NCBI GenBank assembly: GCA_950097015.1 | Contig: CATNEN010000038.1 | Location: 15,810,001 to 15,874,000 of the forward strand | DNA: 64,000 bases | Source: Macrostomum hystrix | Lineage: Eukaryota; Animalia; Platyhelminthes | Reading direction: 5' to 3' | Part shown: one piece after another, positions 1-12,400 of the stretch | Position numbering within the stretch: position 1 is the first letter of the stretch | Layout: each line of letters begins with the position of its first letter | Notes under the pieces: generated by a model | Databases searched by the model: none | Told to the model about the DNA's origin: nothing | Seen by the model: the letters and a program-made list of their open reading frames with translations, nothing else | Made by a program: the position numbers and the translations under genes

Positions 1-280
1 CCTAGTGGTTAGGGCGTCGGACTCACGACTTGAAGGTCGGGGGTTCGATTCCCGACTCCACTGGAACAATTTGCGTCCTTTAGCAAGACACTTAACTCTG
101 CATTGCTTCAGTTCACCCAGCTGTTAAATGGGTACCTGCATCAGCTGGGATAATTGAAGGTGGGTGTGGCGTCCCCCCAGTCCGTGGACTTAACAGCCTT
201 ACGCAGCCTTCAGATGCGCCGCGCAATAGCTGCGGCTGTGCTGTCAGCTGCACATCTGACCCCATTGGGGCAGGTGTAAT
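1..280 (+). mobile_element. tRNA-derived SINE with a conserved central domain (cut at the 5' end by the window edge)
   Basis: A-box remnant CCTAGTGGTTAGG and B-box GGTTCGATTCC, then TCCTTTAGCAAGACACTTAAC...CACCCAGCTGTTAAATGGGTACC, resembling conserved SINE central domains. Confidence 0.7.
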
Positions 281-309
281 CAATTATTAATTTCAATTAG
301 GGGATTATA

Positions 310-875
310 ACTCAGTGAGTTAGGATTTCAGTGAATTAGGATTTCAGTGAATTAGGATTTCAGTGAATTAGGATTTCAGTTAATCTGGATTTCAGTGAAT
401 CAGGATTTTAGTGTATCGGGATTTCAGTGAATCGGGATTTCAGTGAATCGGGACTTTAGTGAATCAGGATTTTAGTGTTTTGGGATTTTAGTGTATCGGG
501 ATTTTAGTGAATCGGGATTATAGTAAATCGGGATTTCAGTGAATCTGGATTTCAGTGAATCAGGATTTTAGTGAATCAGGATTTTAGTGAATCAGGATTT
601 TAGTGAATCAGGATTTTAGTGTTTTGGGATTTTAGTGTATCGGGATTTCAGAGAATCGGGATTTTAGTGAATCGGGATTATAGTAAATCGGGACTTCAGT
701 GAATCAGGATTTCAGTTAATCTGGATTTCAGTGATTCTGGATTTCAGTGAATCTGGATTTCAGTGAATCAGGATTTTAGTGTATCGGGATTTCCGTGAGT
801 CGGGATTTCAGTGAATCGAGTTTTTAGTCAATAGGGATTTTATTTAATCGGGATATAAATAAAACGGGATTTCAA
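310..875. repeat. About 16-bp minisatellite (GTGAATCAGGATTTCA variants)
   Basis: Tandem copies visible in the sequence. Confidence 0.9.
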
Positions 876-1065
876 TAAATCGAAATTTAACTTTGCCACC
901 AAGTTTGTTAATAAAGACGTATCCTACGCATATGTTTCCATAGCAACCAAGAAGACGAATGTACACAATGAACAAATCAAATTTAGATTAAAATAATTCT
1001 GTACTGGGACAATGCACAAAATCCCGACTGAATGCTGGAAGGCAAATAAGAGAGCAGCTCAGCAT

Positions 1066-4000
1066 TCAGACTCTAACCCAGCTCTTTCCAACCGAATAGT
1101 AAATAGCGCCCAGTTTAGCGGGCTCAACCCCCAGCCTGTAGGCCAGCAGGATCAGCGCGTTGAGGCCGCAGACGGCCAGGAATCCGTGAGTAATCCAACG
1201 CCTAGGCGAAGTCATGACGGCGGCGTCGGCGATGGCCACGTGACCGAATAATTTTAATCGTTCGGAAAATTCGATATCTTCCAAGAATGGCCAATCGCGA
1301 TATCCGCCAGCCATTGTGTAATAATAGGCGTGCATGAAGAGGCCTTGGCTACCAATGGGCATCTCGTAGCGCCTGCAGCGCCAATTAGTGTGCAGCTCCA
1401 GCAGGAGGGTGCGCAGGGCCCATGGTATGTCTTTAGTGAAGCACAATTCGTTGGGCAGTTTCAGGTGAAAGGTGAACGCGCCGGCCACAATGCCCGGCTT
1501 GCTTAGTGCGTGCACTAATATTTCGTCCCAGTTCTCTGGCAACGAGCTGTCAGCGTGCAGGGCCAGGTAATAGGCGCCACGAGCGTACCGCACGCCGTAG
1601 CGAATCATGTAGCCTCGCCCAGTTGGCAGGGAGTCCGGCAGGCGACGTATTTCGATGCTAACTCGGCGCAGCTGCGACGGCGGCAGGAAGGTGCCCGCCC
1701 GGTGACGAATGAAGTCGCGAACCACCTGAACAGAAAAGATTGATTAGAGAGATAAAAAATTGTATTTAATAAATAAACCTACTTAGTCAGTTTCTGGAGT
1801 GCTCAGAAATTTTCTGATGTGCTCAGTGAGTTTCTGGTGTGCTTAGTGAGTAGCTGGTGTGCTCAGTGAGTTTCTGGTGTGCTTAGTGAGTAGCTGGTGT
1901 GCTCAGTGAGTTTCTGGTGTGCTTAGTGAGTAGCTGGTGTGCTCAGTGAGTTTCTGGTGTGCTTAGTGAGTAGCTGGTGTGCTCAGTGAGTTTCTGGTGT
2001 GCTTAGTGAGTAGCTGGTGTGCTCAGTGAGTTTCTGGTGTGCTTAGTGAGTAGCTGGTGTGCTCAGTGAGTTTCTGGTGTGCTTAGTGAGTAGCTGGTGT
2101 GCTCAGTGAGTTTCTGGTGTGCTTAGTGAGTAGCTGGTGTGCTCAGTGAGTTTCTGGTGTGCTTAGTGAGTAGCTGGTGTGCTCAGTGAGTTTCTGGTGT
2201 GCTTAGTGAGTAGCTGGTGTGCTCAGTGAGTTTCTGGTGTGCTTAGTGAGTAGCTGGTGTGCTCAGTGAGTTTCTGGTGTGCTCAGTGAGTTGCTAATGT
2301 GCTCAGTGAGTTGCTGGTGTGCTCGGTGAGTTTCAAATGTGCTCAGTGAGTTTCAAATGTGCTCAGTGGGTTTCTGGTGTGCTCAGTGAGTTTCTGGTGT
2401 GCTCAGTGAGTTGCTAATGTGCTCAGAGAGTTGCTGGTGTGCTCAGTGAGTTGCTGGTTTGCTCAGTGAGCTGCTGGTGTGCTCAGTGAGTTTCTGGTGT
2501 GCTCAGTGAGTTTCTAATGTGCTCAGTGAGTTTCTGGTGTGCTCAGTGAGTTTCTAATGTGCTCAGTGAGTTTCTGGTGTGCTCAGTGAGTTTCTAATGT
2601 GCTCAGTGAGTTTCAAATGTGCTCAGTGGGTTTTTGGTGTGCTCAGTGGGTTTCTGGTGTGCTCAGTGAGTTTCTAATGTGCTCAGTGAGTTTCAAATGT
2701 GCTCAGTGGGTTTTTGGTGTGCTCAGTGGGTTTCTGGTGTGCTCAGTGAGTTTTAAATGTGCTCAGTGAGTTTCAAATGTGCTCAGTGGGTTTCTGGTGT
2801 GCTCAGTGAGTTTCTGGTGTGCTTAGTGAGTAGCTGGTGTGCTCAGTGAGTTTCTGGTGTGCTTAGTGAGTAGCTGGTGTGCTCAGTGAGTTTCTGGTGT
2901 GCTTAGTGAGTAGCTGGTGTGCTCAGTGAGTTTCTGGTGTGCTCGGTGAGTTTCAAATGTGCTCAGTGAGTTTCAAATGTGCTCAGTGGGTTGCTAATGT
3001 GCTCAGTGAGTTTCAAATGTGCTCAGTGGGTTTCTGGTGTGCTCAGTGAGTTTCTGGTGTGCTCAGTGAGTTGCTAATGTGCTCAGAGAGTTGCTGGTGT
3101 GCTCAGTGAGTTGCTGGTTTGCTCAGTGAGCTGCTGGTGTGCTCAGTGAGTTTCTGGTGTGCTCAGTGAGTTTCTAATGTGCTCAGTGAGTTTCTGGTGT
3201 GCTCAGTGAGTTTCTAATGTGCTCAGTGAGTTTCAAATGTGCTCAGTGGGTTTTTGGTGTGCTCAGTGGGTTTCTGGTGTGCTCAGTGAGTTTCTTGTGT
3301 GCTCAGTGAGTTTATAATGTGCTCAGTGGGTTTCTGGTGTGCTCAGTGAGTTTCTGGTGTGCTCAGTGAGTTTCAAATGTGCTCAGTGAGTTGCTAATGT
3401 GCTCAGTGAGTAGCTGGTGTGCTCAGTGAGTAGCTGGTGTGCTCAGTGAGTTTCTGGTGTGCTCAGTGAGTTTCAAATGTGCTCAGTGAGTTGCTAATGT
3501 GCTCAGTGAGTAGCTGGTGTGCTCAGTGAGTTGCTAGTGCGCCCAGTGATTTTCTTGTGTGCTCAGTGAGTTGCTAATGTGCTCAGTGAGTAGCTGGTGC
3601 GTCCAGTGAGTAGCTGGTGTGCTCAGTGAGTAGCTGGTGTGCTCAGTGAGTAGCTGGTGTGCTCAGTGAGTAGCTGGTGTGCTCAGTGAGTTGTAAATAC
3701 GCTCAGTGAGTTTCTGGTGTGCTCAGTAAGTAGCTGGTTAGCTGGTGTGCTCAGTGAGTAGCTGGTGTGCTCAGTGAGTTTCTGGTGTGCTCAGTGAGTT
3801 GCTGGTGTGCTCAGTGAGTAGCTGGTGTGCTCAGTGAGTTGCTGGTGTGCTCAGTGAGTTGCTGGTGTGCTCAGTGAGTTGCTGGTGTGCTCAGTGAGTT
3901 GGTGTGCCCAGTGAGTTGCTGGTGTGCTCAGTGAGTTGCTAGTGCGCCCAGTGATTTTCTGGTGTGCTCAGTGAGTTTCTAATGTGCTCAGTGAGTTTCA

Positions 4001-7000
4001 AATGTGCTCAGTGAGTTGCTGGTGTGCTCAGTGAGTTGCTGGTGTGCTCAGTGAGTTGCTAATGTGCTCAGTGAGTTGCTACGCATTTCCACACTGCTAA
4101 ATTATGAAGAAGACCCACAAAATGCAATCAGTTAATCATAGTTCAAAGTCCAAGCTGTTCTTTAGCTGTTGCATTGGACTGTAGCAGTGGGTGAGACAAC
4201 AAGCAAAACAAAAATCAAAACATTTACTATCTTGCCAACACTCGTCTGCAAACTTAGACTTCTTCTTGGCATGATAAAAATGACAGATAGAAGTCCAAGC
4301 TGCAATTCAATCAATGTGAATTCTCAATTGAGACAAACCTCAGCTGTGCCGTCCACAGAGCGGCCATCAACAACGACAATCTGTAGCGGCCTCTTTTTCG
4401 AACAATTGAATAGCAAATTTCGTAGAGTGGTCTCAATGTGATCGGCCTCGTTCCGAGCCGGTATGAGAACAGTCACTTTTTCGCTCATAAACAGACTGCT
4501 TGGAATGCCCAGCTCACTCTCCATCAGGTCGAGATCCTCAATGGTGTCGACGTCACGTAGGATCGGTCGCATTGTGGCGCAAAGTATGCCCAATCGGAGT
4601 GCATTGGCAAACTGTAGTGCGTAGGCGGAATTTAATATCAGATTTGCTTTGATACCGGGGGTTAACAACCTTTGGCATGCAAAGCTTGTAAACTGGGCCA
4701 CCATAGCTACTCTCAACACGTACTGCTGGTCATCTCTCCTGTGTCTCATCTATACTGCGTCTCCTCTCTCCTTTGTCTCACCTCTCCTGCGTCTCATCCC
4801 TCCTGTGTCTAATCTCTCCTGCGTCTCATCCCTCCTGTGTCTAATCTCTCCTGCGTCTCATCCCTCTTGCGTCTCATCCCTCCTGCATCTCATCTCTCTT
4901 GCGTCTCATCCCTCCTGCATCTCATCTCTCTTGCGTCTCCTCTCTCCTTCGTCCTATTTCTCCTGCGTCCCATCTCTGCTGCGTCTCATCTCTCCTGCGT
5001 CTTCTCTCCCGTGTCTAATCTCTCCCGTGTCTAATCTCTCCCGTGTCTAATCTCTCCCGTGTCTAATCTCTCCCTTGTCTCATCTCTTACTTGTGTCATC
5101 TTCCCCCGCGTCGCATCTCCCCCGCGTCACATCTATCCGGTGTCTTATCGCTCCCTTGATGTCTTATCCCTTCGCCATTCGTTATCTTTGCATTATTTTA
5201 TCAATCCGGGTCTAGTTTTACTCGTCTCTTATCTTTCTAATGTCCAATATCTCCAGTGTCCTATCTATTGACCTGCTATCGCAGTTTTTAACTACTTCAT
5301 TGTCCCACGAGGTATATATATATTAACAATATATAAACTATGCAGATATTTTAATAATCAAAACTAGTTTGACGAAATTCACCCTGAAAGTCGTCCCAGA
5401 CGGACAGGAAGTGTTAAATGTCTTTTTTCAGAAAAAACATAAGCTTGACACAGACCAGTAAGTGGACAAGCATGAGGTCATCCCCGTTCAGTACAAAGTT
5501 CCAAGTCCGAACCTAAATCAGTCAGTCTAGTGTTTCACAGCTAGTACTCGTAGTTGTCACAGATCGCCCCAGCGACCTAGCATTCTTATCTCTGAGCTGC
5601 TTTTTTGGCGTTGTTTTGATTTTTTCAGTTTTAAACTAATTTAATCACAGACACAGACAAGTTTTTATTTTTAACGCTATCAGCACGATAAAAAATGTCG
5701 CAAGACTCTGGTAGACAAACAGGCTGAGCGGCAGTGCGGTTTTCAAAACGCGATGCATCTCGCACCAAGATTCATGAGCTTAAATCAGCGACCTACGCTT
5801 CAGGGCCTTAGCTGAACCCACTCCCTACGCTTCAGGGCCTCAGCTATTCTCACCAATACGCTTCAGGGCCTCAGCTATTCTCACCAATACGCTTCAGGGC
5901 CTCAGCTATTCTCACCAATACGCTTCAGGGCCTCAGCTGTTCCCACCCCCTACGCTTCAGGGCCTCAGCTGTTCCCACCCCCTACGCTTCAGGGCCTCAG
6001 CTATTCTAACCAATACGCTTCAGGGCCTCAGCTGTACCAGCGCATTCTATACATTCACTAAAGGAGACAATTATCTTTTGACTTCAAACGGTATAAATAT
6101 ATGGCAAATATTTGGCACGCAAGACACATGTGCAAAGCTAATATGTCACGCGCGTACAACGTGCTTTGGTAAAAGTCTTATGAGTTTCATTATTTCACTT
6201 TGCACTACAAGGTTTCGGAATGTGAAAACTCATATTACTAACCTGACAGTCAAATACTGTGCTAGAGCCCCAGAGGATGTTGCGAAACAGGCTGCTAAGG
6301 TGTCGCCTAACTGACTGTCGCTCGGCGCCTAGTAGATAGAGACCACCGCTACCAGTCTTGCCAAGGACAAGGCCGATACCAGAGTCCAGGCAGCGAAGCG
6401 CTTGCAGAGCGTGCCGATCTGACAATGCGGGAACATCTGAGCTGAGCAGAACAACCTGCGGGTTGAGGTTAGAATGGCTTGCTCTGGTTGATCTAGGGTT
6501 AAAGGATGTCGATTCTGAGGATCTAAGATCAAGGATGTCGACTATGGGGATCTGGGATCAAAGGATGTCGATTTTAGGAACTTTGGATCAAAGGAAATTG
6601 ATTCTATGGATCTGGGATCAAAATATTAGATGCTAGGGATTTAGGATCAAAAGAGGTCGATTTTGAGAATCTGGGATCAAAGGATGTCGATTCTAGGAAT
6701 TGGGGATCAAAGGATGTCGATTCTAGGAATTGGGGATCAAAGGACATTGTTTCTATGGATCTGGGATCAAAGAATGTCGATTTTGAGGATCTAGGATCCA
6801 TGGATGTCAATTCTATGGATCTGGGATCAAAGGATGTCAATTCTTGGGATTTGAAAACAAAGGATGTCAACTCTAGATATTGGGGATCAAAGGAGGTCAG
6901 TTTTGAGGATCTGGGATCAAAGGATGCCGATTCTGAAGTTCTAATATGGGGATTTTTTGAAAATTAATTTTAAAAGATAAAGGACGCAATTTTAGAGAAG

Positions 7001-8315
7001 AAATCCTGACGTTAAGTAGATTCTGTATTGATGTATTGATCTGGCCTGTATTGATACACGCTCTTATGGCGACGGCATTTGATTCTTAGGATCCGTGATG
7101 AAAATCACAACTCAAGAATCACAACTCAAGCATTAGAGAACAACAGACCTGAGAGTAGCCCCTGCCGAACAGGCTCCACAAGGCGGATTCCAGCGTCGCG
7201 CCGATGGTGCTACCCGACTGTGGCAGCGGTGTGGCGGCGCCTGCTACGCCGGCAGCCTTGGAGGAGATCAAAGAGAAGCCGCCGCCATTTTTTCCCGAGC
7301 TCTGGCGCCGTCTCTGGGGACCCAGATGGGCGATTCGGCACGGCGCGACATTGGAGTCTGAGGCGGGTGACAGTGATTTGAGAGAGAATTAATCTAATAA
7401 TAATAATTGAACAGGGACTCTAGCACATATTTTCGTGATCATGCTACTGGCACAGGTGTGTACATTCTCATTGCGCCTTAAGTAGAGGTGAAAGGATTGG
7501 CATGATGTCAATCAATGATCAAGATCTTCCAAATGCAACTCCAATTTTTTTTTTGAAGTCTCACCAAACTTCGAAGCGTAGGGAGGCTGCTCAAAGGATT
7601 TGAGCTGGTCCAAGTAGCGTTGAAATTCTCCGAATTCAAGTGCGTCATTCACGCAGAAGTTGTCTTCATTCTCGCCCGGATTAACATCGGCTCCATTCCA
7701 AATGTAATCATCCGCCTCTTCGAGTCCCTGATGACGAAGCCCGTCGTCTAGATAGGCGTCCAAGTCTTCTCTGGCGTTACCGTTTGCGTAACCACCGCCG
7801 CGTACAATGGACACTTTGGCCTTAGAAAACTCGGCGTGCCTATCAACGCATTCCATCCACAGGTGTACTGGACGATTGCAGGCGCTGGACTCGCATACTA
7901 CGTGGCACTGGTCCTTGTAGGCAATGAAGATATCCGTATCTGGTAGGTTCCGACGCAGTGGCTGCAGACGGCGCACTAGATTCTCAGTGAGTACACGCAT
8001 AACCATAGCGGCATTGTTTGGCCCAGTGTAGGGCATGAGGCGGGATTTGGTTTTGCCAGGATTTGGCAGTCTGGTGAAAACAACAACAGCTCGCCGAGTG
8101 GGCTTCGACAGGCGCACCAGACTAGACGCTGTGCTAACAACTGGAATTAGAAACTGCATAGTTACTAACCAGACAAATAACTTTATCGGCCAATTAAAAC
8201 ACTGCTTTGCTAGTCTAGCGACAATACGAACAGTTTCCATGGCAACCAGCCACAACAAAAGCAGATAGGTTCGCAGCATGCTGCGCTTTCGCCTTAGCAT
8301 GGAGCCGTGGAGCAT
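1066..8315 (-). CDS. Spliced gene, about 701 aa: DUF2064/TIGR04282-like transferase fused to TIGR04283-like family-2 glycosyltransferase (arsenosugar-pathway-associated families)
   Basis: Exons on minus: 8315-7565, 7357-7149, 6455-6243, 4611-4339, 1725-1066. All introns GT-AG, phases 1,0,0,0, total 2106 nt open. N-domain motifs: VVVFTRLPNPGKTKSRL, PQSGSTIGATL..LFGRGYSQ|VVLLSSDVP, LVLGKTGSGGLYLLG, LFRNILWGSSTV, LRDVDTIEDL. C-domain motifs: VLIPARNEA, VVDGRSVDGT, GRG..YYLALHADS, VAGAF, NWR..PIGSQGLF, GGY..PFLEDIEFSERL, TSPRRW. Confidence 0.88.
1790..4080. repeat. 20-bp minisatellite (GCTCAGTGAGTTTCTGGTGT), with a 40-bp dimer block at its start; intron 4 of the GT gene
   Basis: About 115 tandem copies. 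Confidence 0.97.
4725..5150. repeat. Degenerate CT-rich 17-19-bp tandem repeat (CCTGCGTCTCATCTCT)
   Basis: Tandem degenerate copies. Confidence 0.8.
5790..6035. repeat. 31-bp minisatellite (TACGCTTCAGGGCCTCAGCT...)
   Basis: About 8 tandem copies. Confidence 0.9.
6490..6940. repeat. 30-bp degenerate minisatellite (GATCTGGGATCAAAGGATGTCGATT...)
   Basis: About 15 copies. Confidence 0.88.
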
Positions 8316-9304
8316 TTTATTTTCTCTTTGTATATGAAACACTTGACACTGACACCTTGCGATGATGTGTCTGGAAAAAAAATTGTAAGTAAAACATGCA
8401 ATGCAAGAAGCTAATTTAGTAAAAAAAGTAAAAAGTACTATTATTTTTACATTTTCTATCAGATGTAGATAAACTAAATGTGAAATGTTAAAGGCTTGCT
8501 CATTACTGTTACTTAAATATTACTAAATATTGTTTACAGTAGCTAGCTAAAGACTACTAAAAGAAATATGAAATTCTTTTTTTTCAGAATGATTATTAAC
8601 TCTGATGATGTTTTAATAAACAAATTGAAAAGCAAATAAATAGGCCACAAAACATAGGTGTATACATAGTGTGTGTGTGTGTGCCTTCTCTGTAAAAATT
8701 GCATCAGTGTCAACAAGCAGGGCCAGAGATCCACTGCTTCACTAACTTGACTTGCTTACATATCACATCCCATTCTGCCCATTCTTAGTTATGGACTCAA
8801 GGGTTCTATGATTGCAGAAAACCCCTTAGTCACTATTTAAAGGATCAAAAAGTTTACCCTTCTGGAGAATATGGAGCAGCCCATGCCTTCATTTGACATG
8901 CTAGTAACAACATGAAGATTGCCAAGCTGACCCAGTGAACCTGCCTGCTACTTTTGGCATTGGTTAGCTGCACCCAAGACTGACCCAACTTATCTTTTAC
9001 ATTGGCGGTTGAGATAGGGTCCTTTTAGCATATTTGTGACATTATATATACTCCCTGTCAGTAGAAGCTATAATGTATAAACTACAACAGGCCTCTAAGC
9101 TTACTTTATAGAATTGTAGCTACTGATAATCAATATAGACATGCTTTATTGATTACAGCTTTGGCATTTTGATGTGAGTCTATATAGGCCCCTAAAAGTT
9201 TTTATAAATGTAAGCTATATACATATACATTTAGCTATCCATTATATTGACATATAATAAGCAAAATTATAATAGAGTTTCAACTTAAAAAATCACAACT
9301 TAAA

Positions 9305-9450
9305 AAATGTTGGCCTTCAAAGGGCCAACAAGCCCACAAAGCCTTCTCTCTGTGGCTATGCCCCAAACAAAAGTGGCATTGCCATGGAATCAAACTTAGG
9401 GACCTTGGTGCAAGAGGCAAACAAGATAACCACTCCGCCACTGACCCCCT
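9305..9450 (-). mobile_element. Degenerate tRNA-derived SINE (same family as 63088-63232)
   Basis: Reverse complement reads ggggtcagtggcggagtggtta...gtccctaagtttgattcc...gccac..tttggggc..agagagaaggctttgtgggctt..gaaggccaac, which aligns with 63088-63232. Confidence 0.6.
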
Positions 9451-12400
9451 GCCTATTAGGTTATTAATTTAGGTTATTGATTGATTTGCTAGCTAAGATG
9501 GTGCACCATGAACATTAATTAGTAAAAAGCCAAACTTGATTTTTAAGACCATGTGTTAATTATAGCTTAGTAACTAGTTATATAGGCCTAATTAGAATTA
9601 GATTGAATCTTTAAAATCAAGGCCTAGCAACACACTATACCTTGTGGTTAGAAATTAATTAAATAGCTGCTGGCTTCTGTAGTAGTGGCTTAAGATTTAT
9701 ATTTTAAAGGATTCATAATAAACTTAAGCAACAAGGCCTAGACAGCCAAACTAACCCTTAACACAAAGGCAGCTAGGCAAATAAATGGACTTATGTCTTC
9801 ATACCTAAGCCATATGCTAGTGATTCTAGTTCTCTAGACTCAATTATTTTAACAATATTTTTTCCTTTTCAGCCTAAGAGTATAGCCTAAAAAGCATTAT
9901 GGCATGAAGTAACATTGTCTGACTTAAAGGGCTGAAACAGCTTGTGGGAGTGGGTCTTTCAAAGAAACATAAGATAGAAATGAATACTGTAATACTATAG
10001 TAGGGCCTACACTTTTCAATCATTGTATGGTAGGCCTTGGCCTATGGTCAATGATTTGCAATTTGATAGCCTATCCTTCTAAGTTCTAGAATCTAGGACC
10101 CTAACAAACTAGAGGCCCAAAAATAGTAACATCAGTAACATCAAAATAGGCCGATCAGAGGAATGTGAGGCCATTGAATGGCAAAGTCTTAAGCCATTTC
10201 AAAACAAGTGAATGCCTTTCAAAACCAACACATGGCTGCATTGAAATATATATATATGTGGAGCAATAATTTACAATACCTTTACACATCAGGCAATGTT
10301 CTACTTCCATTCATACTATTTTTTGTTCTATGTTTGATTTTTTTGGTTGAATTTGTGCCACACATGCATTCTGAGTTTGAAAAAGTTGTGCTGGCATAGC
10401 TTTGCCATGACTTGACATTTGGACCTTATGTCTATGGCAAAATCTGGAAAATATGGGGGAACAGGAAGCTAAAGCACAGAAATTCTGTAGCTGAAGATTT
10501 CAAATGCATGGCACAAGTGCTGCTCTATTTGAAAGCCACCTCAAAGAATTCTTATGGCACTGTCTATACCCCAAGAATAGCTTTGTTGCCCTCCTCTACT
10601 GGATTAGGCACTATTACCCTGTTTCAAAGAAGACTGACTAAGACTTTTCAGAACTGTCTGACCAAACTACTGACTTTTTGTTACCCTTAAACTTCTTTTT
10701 TTGTCAATGTCTGTCATTTGCAAACAAAAAAATAATATAGGCCTAACAAATGGAAGTAGAACATTGCCACACATTATTATCTAGGCTAGGCCTTCTGATA
10801 AAATATCCTATAGATTTTTTTAAATTTAAATGAAAACCCTTTGAGTTAAAATTAAATAAGTTGATTTAAATCACTTTGCATGGGAAACCAAAGGATTCCC
10901 TATAGGCCTAGTCTCTATGCCTTACAAATTAGCTTGTCAACAGCAGGCAGATTCTTCCAAAGTCTCAGCATATTGATGCCCACTTGATCGCTGTGCTAGA
11001 CTTTCTTGGAAAGACAGGAATTATTTGACTCCGTGTTATGGGCCTCGGCCTGTGTCCGCCTGTAAAAGAAGAAGGGCCATAAAGGAAAGAAGGTAAAATT
11101 TGTACAGCTTATTTAGGCCCTACAATTCTTATGTCAGATTGTATCTAATCTTACCGAACTTTTTGTTACATACCCACCATTATTATTTATTTCTTCATTT
11201 GAACCAACTCAACGTCCCTCGTACCTGCGAATGGAATGGATGCGATCCAGCCGATCCCACTGCAATCTGTCTGGTCTGAACACGCTCCAAATTCTAAGTT
11301 TTAAACAGTGAAATTTTTAGCAATTGGCATTTAATTTTATAGAAAATATTATTAAAAATTAAGCTTTTAGCACTACAAACAGAAAATATATTCTTTACGT
11401 AAATTAATAACTGCACTGAAGCGAAGCCCGACTTGTATTACTTCAAGCAGATATCAAATTATTTTGGCAAGTTTCTTGGAAATATAATTCCTAAAAATTT
11501 TAAGTCTCAAAATTTTAACAAAAAATGACAAGATATTATCATTAAAACTGTTGCTTTCTGCCGGTTTTAAAACTGTAATCCTCATTATTGACTTGCAACA
11601 CACTTCTTTATGTCGGCATTTCCTTTTTCTTATGTTGACCAGTGTCTAAAGCTTGTTAATGCAGGCCTCTGCATTATAATAACTCGTTTTTGGTGCACAT
11701 TATTTGATGTTATATGTGCCATTCAATGCGATTTAAATCTCACTGCTAAGCGCCGCTGACAACTTGGCTACCCCCATTGGCTGGGTGGATGAACAATCCG
11801 GCCAAGCAATGTATATATAAATCTGCGACCTTCGATCATGCCACTTGTACTTATTGACGCACCGCCAGGGTTGGTAAAATTGGGCACGGCCTCGGCATAC
11901 TAAATGCGGCCCCTGAGATGTACCGGCCTCTATAGTAGTGCAGTGTAAGTGAATCATAAATCTTACTGGATTTTCACAATACGCATTTGTACAAAGCATA
12001 ACCGAAACCGCTAAGTGTACATTATGCAGTCTCAACTTGCGCGCAGACCCCAAAATAGTCAGCGCCAGACGGCGCGCTGCATGGCCAGAGTCGCGGATGA
12101 AATCCGGTGTATAGGCCGCTCTGGACGGTATTCAGATACAGTGTCTACTTAGCTATTAGTTCGGGCAGTTCTAATATGTACTTGCAGTTCTCGAACTTAC
12201 AGCCGCCACGACTGTTAAACTTGAGGCACAAGGGCGCTCGATCCCTGAACCACCGGAATCATCCTGTCCGAGCGCGGGCCCGAGCCTGTTGCGGGATCTG
12301 CTGCGGAGCGATGATCGAGAAGCCGTGCCACCATTGAGAAACTCTGCCCATATGCAGTCTTGCATGCCTGAATATGCTGCTCTCTTCTGAATAGTCCTCA

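Noticed and set aside
1-60. Functional tRNA gene
   Set aside because: It continues directly into a SINE-type body with no Pol III terminator or proper acceptor stem.
7079-7392. Plus-strand ORFs 7079-7381 and 7204-7392
   Set aside because: Antisense shadows of exon 2 of the minus-strand transferase gene.
1066-8315. Bacterial contamination as the source of the transferase gene
   Set aside because: Four canonical GT-AG introns, three containing host-type minisatellites, and no operon structure.
10926-11059. Possible 5'UTR exon of the transferase gene (minus strand, TTTTACAG...GTAAG)
   Set aside because: The splice signals are plausible, but nothing else supports it without transcript data.
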